Source of the DNA: Deltaproteobacteria bacterium
Lineage (GTDB): Bacteria; UBA10199; JACPAL01; JACOUP01
DNA: 64,000 nucleotides
Assembly (NCBI GenBank): GCA_016177765.1
Contig: JACOUP010000008.1
Coordinates: 641,165 to 705,164, forward strand
Reading direction: 5' to 3'
The translations under genes and the position numbers were made by a program. Positions 1-7,109 of this stretch are shown here, one piece after another. Each line of letters opens with the position of its first letter. Positions within the stretch are counted from its first letter, which is position 1. The notes beneath the pieces are model-generated. The model saw only the letters and a program-made list of their open reading frames with translations, had not been told where the DNA came from and made no database searches.

Positions 1-220
1 CCAAGGGACAGTGGTCAGCTTCCCCCCTTCCGTACCGGTGATCCTGCTTGTCTCCAGAGATCGTTTTGACCTCAAGGAACAATACGGGGGGAGCCTTCAA
101 GTCAGTCTGATCGAAAAACCTTTCTACCCCTACGATCTTCTTTCAGAAGTGAACCGTCTCCTGGGTGATTCACCCAAGGGTGCTTCACCCTTAAAAAGGA
201 AACCCTATGAGCGGGGCTGA
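1..220 (+). CDS. Response-regulator receiver domain, C-terminal part. The 5' end lies outside the window.
   Basis: The translation ...PVILLVSRDRF...GGSLQVSLIEKPFYPYDLLSEVNRLL matches the C-terminal alpha4-beta5-alpha5 region of CheY-like receivers (KPF motif). The frame is open to window edge. Confidence 0.45.
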   Translation, partial: QGTVVSFPPSVPVILLVSRDRFDLKEQYGGSLQVSLIEKPFYPYDLLSEVNRLLGDSPKGASPLKRKPYERG

Positions 221-557
221 AAAACGGCTTTATCCCCGGCGGCGTCTCCGGACCCGTATTGTCTTCGAAGATGAGTGGGGAGAAGGATTCGTCTACTTCT
301 ATTCCACCGATATCTCTTTGGGCGGGATTTTCCTGGAATCGGAGATCCCTCTGAAACAGGGGACCAAGGTCTTTCTCTCGTTCAGCCTGAACGAGGGGGA
401 GAGCGCCATTAAGGCAACGGCTGAAGTGGTTCGCCTCGAAAAAGAAACGGCCGCCTCACTGGTCATTTTGGGGATGGGGGTCCGGTTTCTGGACCTTTCG
501 GATGAAGCGAAAGAGGCGATCAATCACTACCTTGCCGATTCTTCCGAGAAGAGATAA
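207..557 (+). CDS. PilZ-domain protein, a putative c-di-GMP receptor.
   Basis: An RRRLRTR (RxxxR) motif is followed about 25 residues later by DISLGG (DxSxGG). This is the canonical PilZ c-di-GMP binding pair. The gene overlaps the upstream receiver gene by 14 nt. Confidence 0.7.
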   Translation: MSGAEKRLYPRRRLRTRIVFEDEWGEGFVYFYSTDISLGGIFLESEIPLKQGTKVFLSFSLNEGESAIKATAEVVRLEKETAASLVILGMGVRFLDLSDEAKEAINHYLADSSEKR

Positions 558-1645
558 CCAGCCATCGCCCCCAACCCCTTCAGGTCATGGATGTCTGCGG
601 TGAATTGCGGGACCTGAAGGCAAAAATTGTTTTTCCCCGGAACCTCTTCCAAGAGTGAAAGATTTTCGTGGTCCCGTTCCGCCAAGAGTTCCATCTCCTC
701 CAGATTTTGAAGGAGAGGCTCTCTCAAACGGTCCGGAATTTCTTTTTCAGGAACTGATCCATGAACCCCCAAAAAGGAGGTATGAACCCGGTTTACGATA
801 AACCCGCAAAAAGGGAGTTTGAAACGACGGATCTCCTTGAAAAAGTAAAGGGCATCCTGGATCGGGATTGTTTCAGGGCTGGTCACCAGCAGAAAACCGA
901 CTGACTTGTCTCTCAAAAGATCATAAACGGCGGAAGCCCGGTTTTGAAAACCGCCGAGAAGCCCCGCGATGGAAACAAGCATCTCCGACAATTCATGGAG
1001 AAAACTGAAACCGGCCAGCTTGTCAAAGACCGACAAGATTTTTTCTCCCCCCCGGCGGAGAAGCTTAAATCCCCCTCCTGCCATGAAGAGAGACGGTTTT
1101 AAAAACCACTTGAGCAGGCTATTGTTCACAATATTGACCATTTTTTCAGGTCCTTCCAGAAAATCGAGGGCATGGCGTGTCGGCGGGGTATCCAGAACGA
1201 TCAGGTCATAGTCCTTTTGCGCAATCTCGTAGAGCTTTTCCATCGCCATGTACTCCTGGGAACCGGCCAGCATGCTGGAGAGGTGCTGGTAGAGACGGTT
1301 CGCCAGGATTGCCTCGCGCACCGACCGGGAAGGGGAATATTTTTCGATCAGGGCATCGAAAGTCCGCTTGGTATCGAGCATCATGGCGTCCAGAAATCCC
1401 CCTTGAAGGGGGATCTTCTGCGGCTCATCTGAAAGGGTATCTAGCCCCATGGCGCTAGCGAGTCGCCTGGCTGGATCGATCGTCAGGACGATTGTCTTTT
1501 TGCCGCGCCGGGCCGCCTCCAGGGCGATCGCCGCCGCTGTCGTCGTCTTGCCGACGCCGCCGCTCCCGCAGCAGATCAGGATCTTTTTTTCTTCCACCAA
1601 TTTGACAAGTGGGGATGTCACGGTTGGTCCCCCTTTTCGACCCAA
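527..1645 (-). CDS. ArsA/GET3-family P-loop ATPase, first of a tandem pair.
   Basis: Deviant Walker A CGSGGVGKTT and the ArsA signature DTPPTRH (corresponding to DTAPTGH) are present. No arsB/arsC/arsD/arsR genes are nearby. Confidence 0.75.
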   Translation of the reverse strand: MGRKGGPTVTSPLVKLVEEKKILICCGSGGVGKTTTAAAIALEAARRGKKTIVLTIDPARRLASAMGLDTLSDEPQKIPLQGGFLDAMMLDTKRTFDALIEKYSPSRSVREAILANRLYQHLSSMLAGSQEYMAMEKLYEIAQKDYDLIVLDTPPTRHALDFLEGPEKMVNIVNNSLLKWFLKPSLFMAGGGFKLLRRGGEKILSVFDKLAGFSFLHELSEMLVSIAGLLGGFQNRASAVYDLLRDKSVGFLLVTSPETIPIQDALYFFKEIRRFKLPFCGFIVNRVHTSFLGVHGSVPEKEIPDRLREPLLQNLEEMELLAERDHENLSLLEEVPGKNNFCLQVPQFTADIHDLKGLGAMAGYLFSEESAR

Positions 1646-2529
1646 CGACTCAACTCCCGAATCTCTTTTAACCCGAAAGAGTCGGAAAAAAGAAAAGGGA
1701 GCCTGATAAAAGAGGCCCGGGGGAGTTCTTTTTTGAGTTCTTCACAGGCCTCCTGAACAAGAGAGGCTTTTTTTTGACGGACCCGTGCCGCCGCAACGAG
1801 AGGGTAAAGAGGCGACTTTTTCGAAATCGGATCACTCCAGCTTTCAAAGAGAGACTCCTCCTTTCCCGAAAACAGGGGGTCCACCACCCCATTGATAAAA
1901 ACGGGGCCCAAAGGGATTTTTAATTTCTCCCGGCTTAAAGAGGCCATCTCAATCGTCTCCTTGATCGGCATCTCCTCGGGCAAGGTGACCAGACAAAGCA
2001 ATGTTTGTTCCGGATCCTGCAGGAGACCGGCAATTTTTTCGGCGTTCTCCTTCAACGGACCAACCCGAACCGCACTGGCCACGATGCCAGGGACTTGAAG
2101 GAGTGAAACCCCGTGACCGGTCGCCGGGGCATCCACCACGACGCAGTCATAACGGGAAACGAGGGAATAGATCTTGCCCAAGCTCATCAGTTCCGACAGT
2201 CCCGGTGTCGCATCCAGAAAATAACGGACAAACCGGTTTTCAAAAACAGCCGTGTAGAGCGACCGGTATTTGATCTGGCTCAAGACATACTCTTCAAACG
2301 CCTTCTTGGGAGAGATGTTGATCGCCTGCAGGTTCGGGAGGAGTGGTGTCTCTTCAGGACCAAAGGGGGAGCGGCCAAAGAGGTGGGCCACCTGGTCCTG
2401 GGACTGGATCTCGGCCAGGAGCACCTTTTTTTTCTGCTTCGCCAGGGAGAGGGCCAGGGCGGCACTCAGCGTGGTTTTGCCAACACCCCCCTTCCCGCTG
2501 ACAATGAGGAGTTTGGGCGGATCCATCAT
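1618..2529 (-). CDS. ArsA/GET3-family P-loop ATPase, second of the tandem pair.
   Basis: Walker A SGKGGVGKTT and the signature DAPATGH are present. The gene overlaps the downstream paralog by 28 nt. Confidence 0.75.
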   Translation of the reverse strand: MMDPPKLLIVSGKGGVGKTTLSAALALSLAKQKKKVLLAEIQSQDQVAHLFGRSPFGPEETPLLPNLQAINISPKKAFEEYVLSQIKYRSLYTAVFENRFVRYFLDATPGLSELMSLGKIYSLVSRYDCVVVDAPATGHGVSLLQVPGIVASAVRVGPLKENAEKIAGLLQDPEQTLLCLVTLPEEMPIKETIEMASLSREKLKIPLGPVFINGVVDPLFSGKEESLFESWSDPISKKSPLYPLVAAARVRQKKASLVQEACEELKKELPRASFIRLPFLFSDSFGLKEIRELSRWVEKGDQP

Positions 2530-2538
2530 GAAGGGTAT

Positions 2539-3012
2539 TTACTTCTCGTACTTTTTCAGCCTTCTTTCCAGCTCTTCGATCTTTTTGTGAAGATTACGGA
2601 CTTCCGACTGGACGGAAGGGATAGAAGAAACAGATTCAATCGTCGTTTTCAACTTCTCATCAATAAAATCTTTAATGGTCCGTTCCGCCTCATCCTTCAC
2701 GTGGGAAATGGAACTGACGCCGGTTTCGATCGAATTATGGACAAAGGAGGCGATCTTTTCACCGCCGCTTCCGATGATATTCTTGAGGGTTTCGATGGGT
2801 AAAAGACTCCTCTTCTTTTTTTCCTGTTCAAAAATAATCTGTGTCAGGGTTACCGAGGTCATGTCTTCGCCGTTCTTGTTGTCGACCACTTTGATATCTT
2901 CCCCCGCACGGATGAGCCCGGCAATATCGTCCAGGGTAACATAGCAACTCTGCGCCGTATCATAGAGCTTGCGGTTCTGGTACCGTTTGATGGTCCTCGT
3001 TTTTAAGGTCAT
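2539..3012 (-). CDS. phaR: Polyhydroxyalkanoate synthesis repressor PhaR.
   Basis: The N-terminus IKRYQNRKLYDTAQSCYVTLDDIAGLI...GEDMTSVTLTQIIFEQE matches the conserved PhaR DNA-binding domain nearly residue for residue. Confidence 0.8.
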   Translation of the reverse strand: MTLKTRTIKRYQNRKLYDTAQSCYVTLDDIAGLIRAGEDIKVVDNKNGEDMTSVTLTQIIFEQEKKKRSLLPIETLKNIIGSGGEKIASFVHNSIETGVSSISHVKDEAERTIKDFIDEKLKTTIESVSSIPSVQSEVRNLHKKIEELERRLKKYEK

Positions 3013-3461
3013 GAGGCGATTTTCTCCGCGCGCAGGGAAGAGGATTGCAGAGCCCCTTCCTCCCCCGCATTTTCCAAAACCTTCTTGATTGACAAAAGGA
3101 CATCCATCTTGAAGCGATTTTTTTCGGTGGCACTCTCTTGCGAGGTTCGCGCCAGCTCTCCATTGATAACACCAATAATGGAAGAAATGACCTTCTGGCG
3201 GATCTCGTGAAATTCCTCTTCCTCTTCATGCGGAATCTGGCTCACGACCCGATGAAGGACTCTTTGAAGGTTGGCAATCAAAAAACCTAAGGCCTGTTTA
3301 TTGTCTATCGTTGTCTGATTAACTGTCCGGCCGGCGAGCTCGAGCACCTCCCCGACAGCCAGAAGGATCTCCCGCGTTGCCTTTAAAACATGGGCCCTGG
3401 CGTTACCCAGTTTGGAAAAATTCCCCAAAAGAAGGGTCAGATCGAGGAGGGAGGCGGCCAT
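3009..3461 (-). CDS. Phasin-like, predicted all-helical protein.
   Basis: A 150-aa low-complexity amphipathic helical protein with no enzymatic motif. It is translationally coupled (4-nt overlap) to phaR. The phasin call is by context only. Confidence 0.35.
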   Translation of the reverse strand: MAASLLDLTLLLGNFSKLGNARAHVLKATREILLAVGEVLELAGRTVNQTTIDNKQALGFLIANLQRVLHRVVSQIPHEEEEEFHEIRQKVISSIIGVINGELARTSQESATEKNRFKMDVLLSIKKVLENAGEEGALQSSSLRAEKIAS

Positions 3462-3688
3462 TATTTCGGCTCCTCGTCCTTTTTCTCCGGTTTGTTGTCG
3501 GGTTGGACCGCCTTCTTGAAATTTTTGAGGGCCTGCCCTATCGCCCCGCCGACGGTCGGCAGTTTACCGGCCCCGAACACCACCAGGACAATGACCAGGA
3601 TAATGGCCAGTTCCCACGGCCCCAGCCCGGCAAAACCGGCCTGGCGGATTGGAAAATCAATGGCAAGACTTCCAAGGAGGTGCGTCAT
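3461..3688 (-). CDS. tatA: Sec-independent translocase subunit TatA/E, with an unusual ~20-aa N-terminal extension.
   Basis: The core LGPWELAIILVIVLVVFGAGKLPTVGGAIGQALKNFKK fits the TatA TM helix, hinge and amphipathic helix. There is no in-frame ATG/GTG/TTG between the ATG at 3688 and the TM helix. Confidence 0.7.
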   Translation of the reverse strand: MTHLLGSLAIDFPIRQAGFAGLGPWELAIILVIVLVVFGAGKLPTVGGAIGQALKNFKKAVQPDNKPEKKDEEPK

Positions 3689-3742
3689 CAATTAAGCCCG
3701 ACCGCGTCGTAACATACCCCCCCAAGGGGGGCAACCGTTTTT

Positions 3743-6700
3743 TTATTGGTCTATCAGGGAACAGCCAGCTAGTGGCAGAGCGCCTCCTGAACCAGGGTTT
3801 CCTCCAGAACCTGTTGTGGAACCTTCATTATCATTGGCACCACTGGTAGTATCACCGGCAGGGGCCGATTGGTCCGGCTCCGGTTTTTTGGGCTCCTCAG
3901 GGATTCCCGGCCCTGGATTTTCCCCATCCTTGACGCAATCCCCCTGGGTATCCCCTTGGGCCAAATGGGCTTCCACGGCGGCCGAAGCGACGCAAATTTC
4001 GTGTTGTTGTGGCCTCCCTGCCAAGTGGCAAAGGGTAACCTTCCCCTCTTTGCAGACCGGTTTTCCGCTCCCTTTATCCTCGTGATTACAGGGATCCCCC
4101 TCGTTGTCCTGTAGTGAACCGTCGGCGCAATCGTTGTGGTTGCAAACGTCCCCGACGGCGTCCTCGAGTGAAAGATCGGGGCAATCGTTAGGAACACAGG
4201 CATCGCCGACCGCATCCCCCGGCGAACCGTCAAAACAGTCTTCATGATTGCAAACATCCCCAGCCCCATCCTGAAGCGAACCGTCGGCGCAATCATTGTG
4301 GAGACAAGGATCCCCCAGATTGTCGCGCAATGTGAAGTCGGAACAGTCGGAATGATTGCAGGCATCCCCCACGGTATCGCGCAAACTCAAGTCGGGACAG
4401 TCATCGTGGTTACAAGGGTCTCCCACTTCATCATTCGGTTCGAAGGGACAGGAGTCTGACTCGTCGGCCACGCCATCCGCATCCTCGTCATGATTGCAGG
4501 GATCGCTGACAAGGTCGTACGGGGTCCCGTTCGGACAGTCACTATGATTACAGGGATCCCCCTCGTTATCCTGTAGCGAACCATCAACACAATCCGTATG
4601 ATTACAGGGCTCGCCGACCGCATCCTGCAATGAGAGGTCGGCACAATCGTTGTGGACACAGGCCTCCCCTGTTGCATCGACCGGGGAACCATCGGCACAA
4701 TCCCCATGATTACAGGGCTCGCCGGCAACATCTTGCAGGGAACCGTCGGCACAATCGTTATGCAGGCAGGAATCTCCGGTGCTATCCTGGGCAGAACCGT
4801 CGGCACAATCATTGTGATCGCAAACATTACCCGCGGTATCCTGTTCCGAGAAATCAGGACAATCATTGTGAATACAAGGATCTCCTAACGGGTCTTCCAG
4901 AGAGAGGTCGGCGCAATCATTATGAACGCAGGAATCCCCAACCCCGTCCTGCCAGGAACCATCCTCACAATCGTCGTGATTACACGCATCACCCACACTA
5001 TCTTGTGAAGAACGATCGGCACAGTCGTTTGGATTGCAGGGATCACCGATCCCATCATCGGCTATAAAAGGGCAGGAATCATCGCTGTCGGCGATGCCAT
5101 CGTTATCTTCGTCATGATCGCAGACCTCCCCCACACCATCTTGTGCCGACCGATCAGAACAGTCGTTGTGATTGCAGGCGTCCCCCACAGAGTCGCGCGT
5201 TGAGAGATCAGAGCAATCATTGTGGTTGCAAGGATCCCCCACGGCGTCATTCAGATCAAACGGGCAGGCATCCGAAATGTCCGGAGCCCCATCATTGTCG
5301 TCATCCGGCTCGCAAACATCGCCGTAGGGATCGCCATCAAAATTGGCCTGATCGGGATTCGGCTGTAACAGGCAATTATCTTGATCAAACGGAACCTCAT
5401 CCCCGTCTCCGTCATAGTCTGCCGGGAGATCGCTCAAGTTCAGGATCTGTCCGGTGTCGGTCAAGACAAAGATAAGGTTGGCGCTCCCGGCAGACCATGG
5501 ATCAGGCAGGGCTCCGGTTAAAGTCGTACCATTGATGTTCAAAGAACGGTGGATTATCGCCTGATCCCCGTCACGAGAAGCGGCCCAATCGCTTTCACCG
5601 GCGCTGGCATAAACCTTATGGTAGGAGGCATTCATCTGATAAATGCCGGGCGACACACCCTCAAAGAGCACCGGGAAGCCACTCCGCCCGTCATTCCACC
5701 ATTCATCCGACGACGACATATCGGAAATAACGGAAAGCACTGGCCGGTCGGAGGTCACGTAGATATCAAATGTTCCTGGGTTGGCCCCTGGATAGACCAT
5801 TGGCACCGCCGGTTGAACAGGGAGGGAGGTGGCATCCAGCACCCGTCCATCCGGCATCACCATCACCATCAAATGCTGATGGCCCGAATCATCCATCAGA
5901 GGATGCGTCAACGGAACCCCATTGGCCGAAAGCCCCCAGAGAATGGTCTGATTATCGGTCATCCAACCGGATTCCGGACAGCTCCCCTCCTCGTTGGAAC
6001 AGGCCGACACCCGATAGAGTCCCGGCGGGACGTTATCAAAGACCGCCTCCGGGCCGGAGTGGTACTCGGCCGCCTCCCACCAAACCGGTCCATGCATTTC
6101 AGAGATAGCGAAGCTGAGCGACTTCTCACCGGTGATCACGACCCGCAGCGTCCCTGGGGTACTCCCTTGAACAGTGTCCACGACGCCATCCTGGTTCAGA
6201 TCGGGGGGGACCGAAGAGGCGTCATGCGGGTTTGTCGCAAAATAAATCTCCGTGAAGTCATAAAAACCGTCATTGTCATCATCCCAGTCGACATTGTCCC
6301 CCAAACCGTCCCCATCGGTATCGACCGATTCGTTCGGGTCAAGTGGGAATTGATCGGAGTTATCCGCCACACCATCTCCATCTTCATCATGGTTGCAGGG
6401 ATCACCAATCCCATCCTGGGTCGAGAGATCGGCACAGTCGTTATGATTACAGGCATCACCAATCGCATCACGCACTGAAAGGTCGGCACAGTCATTGTGA
6501 TTACAGGCATCACCAACGGTATCGGGCATCGAACGATCGGCACAGTCGTTGTGGTTGCAGGCATCACCAATCGCATCCTGGGCTGAAAGATCAGAGCAAT
6601 CACCGTGATTACAGGCATCACCAATCGCATCCTGGGCTGAAAGATCAGAGCAATCACCGTGATTACAGGGCTCACCAACGGCATCTTGAGCCGAGAGATC

Positions 6701-7105
6701 AGAGCAGTCATTGTGGTTGCAGGCATCACCGATCCCATCCTGGGCCGAAAGATCGGCACAGTCATTGTGATTACAAGCATCACCAACGGTATCGGACATC
6801 GAACGATCGGCACAATCGTTGTGATTACAGGGATCACCAACATTATCGTTCGGGTCAAACGGGCAGGCGTCTTGAAGATCCGGAATGCCATCGCCATCGG
6901 TATCGAGCGTTGGCGGAATCGTCACGGTCTTCTGAAGACGATTCCCCATCGCATCGTAGGTGTAGGTCACGGTAATGCCGTTGCTGTAGGTGATTCCTGT
7001 AATCCGACCGAGATCGTCACGGGCATAAGAAAGCGTGGCCGCCTCTCCCCCATGCGGGTTCAGGAAAAGAAAAAACAGGGCCATGGCAAAAAATTTCTTC
7101 ATCAT
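3743..7105 (-). CDS. Secreted 1,120-aa repeat protein. It has a signal peptide, a single YD repeat, about 30 Asp/Cys-rich 18-aa repeats (thrombospondin type 3-like), a ~340-aa central beta-rich domain and a Cys-rich C-terminus.
   Basis: The N-terminus MMKKFFAMALFFLFLNPHGGEAA is a Sec signal. YTYDAMGNRL is a YD motif. The repeat consensus is D-x-x-G-D-x-C-N-H-N-D-C-x-D-x-S-x-x. The ATG lies 4 nt after the stop of the upstream RHS gene. Confidence 0.8.
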   Translation of the reverse strand: MMKKFFAMALFFLFLNPHGGEAATLSYARDDLGRITGITYSNGITVTYTYDAMGNRLQKTVTIPPTLDTDGDGIPDLQDACPFDPNDNVGDPCNHNDCADRSMSDTVGDACNHNDCADLSAQDGIGDACNHNDCSDLSAQDAVGEPCNHGDCSDLSAQDAIGDACNHGDCSDLSAQDAIGDACNHNDCADRSMPDTVGDACNHNDCADLSVRDAIGDACNHNDCADLSTQDGIGDPCNHDEDGDGVADNSDQFPLDPNESVDTDGDGLGDNVDWDDDNDGFYDFTEIYFATNPHDASSVPPDLNQDGVVDTVQGSTPGTLRVVITGEKSLSFAISEMHGPVWWEAAEYHSGPEAVFDNVPPGLYRVSACSNEEGSCPESGWMTDNQTILWGLSANGVPLTHPLMDDSGHQHLMVMVMPDGRVLDATSLPVQPAVPMVYPGANPGTFDIYVTSDRPVLSVISDMSSSDEWWNDGRSGFPVLFEGVSPGIYQMNASYHKVYASAGESDWAASRDGDQAIIHRSLNINGTTLTGALPDPWSAGSANLIFVLTDTGQILNLSDLPADYDGDGDEVPFDQDNCLLQPNPDQANFDGDPYGDVCEPDDDNDGAPDISDACPFDLNDAVGDPCNHNDCSDLSTRDSVGDACNHNDCSDRSAQDGVGEVCDHDEDNDGIADSDDSCPFIADDGIGDPCNPNDCADRSSQDSVGDACNHDDCEDGSWQDGVGDSCVHNDCADLSLEDPLGDPCIHNDCPDFSEQDTAGNVCDHNDCADGSAQDSTGDSCLHNDCADGSLQDVAGEPCNHGDCADGSPVDATGEACVHNDCADLSLQDAVGEPCNHTDCVDGSLQDNEGDPCNHSDCPNGTPYDLVSDPCNHDEDADGVADESDSCPFEPNDEVGDPCNHDDCPDLSLRDTVGDACNHSDCSDFTLRDNLGDPCLHNDCADGSLQDGAGDVCNHEDCFDGSPGDAVGDACVPNDCPDLSLEDAVGDVCNHNDCADGSLQDNEGDPCNHEDKGSGKPVCKEGKVTLCHLAGRPQQHEICVASAAVEAHLAQGDTQGDCVKDGENPGPGIPEEPKKPEPDQSAPAGDTTSGANDNEGSTTGSGGNPGSGGALPLAGCSLIDQ
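4080..5330 (-). repeat. Second coding array of the same 18-codon repeat, with about 22 units.
   Basis: The repeated CNH(N/G/D)DC(A/S/P)D(L/G/R)S peptide units and the matching DNA periodicity are visible. Confidence 0.8.
6340..6880 (-). repeat. First coding array of degenerate 54-bp (18-codon) repeats inside the 3743-7105 gene.
   Basis: Recurrent ...catcaccaa(t/c)cgcatc...gcacagtc(a/g)ttgtg(g/a)tt(a/g)cagg... units are visible in the DNA. The antisense frames stay open because the repeats are periodic. Confidence 0.85.
6560..6667 (-). repeat. A perfect 2x54-bp tandem duplication.
   Basis: The unit ggcatcaccaatcgcatcctgggctgaaagatcagagcaatcaccgtgattaca occurs twice back to back with 108/108 identity. 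Confidence 0.9.
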
Positions 7106-7109
7106 GAAC

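Noticed and set aside
2113-2802. 229-aa plus-strand ORF antisense to the second ArsA gene and phaR
   Set aside because: It is high-GC antisense noise. The sense frames have strong motifs and this frame has none.
3717-3745. Hairpin cccccc-aa-gggggg followed by a T7 run, looking like a rho-independent terminator
   Set aside because: The canonical hairpin-then-U orientation is on the plus strand, where no gene ends. For the minus-strand genes it reads as an A-tract followed by the hairpin. It may be a bidirectional element but is not a confident terminator.
4244-6975. Many long antisense and alternative-frame ORFs inside the repeat gene (for example 4387..4866, 5549..6478, 6196..6897 and 6343..6975)
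   Set aside because: These frames are open only because the 54-bp coding repeats are periodic. Their His/Arg/Pro-rich or Ile/Thr/Val-rich low-complexity translations are the mirror of the real D/C/N-rich frame.
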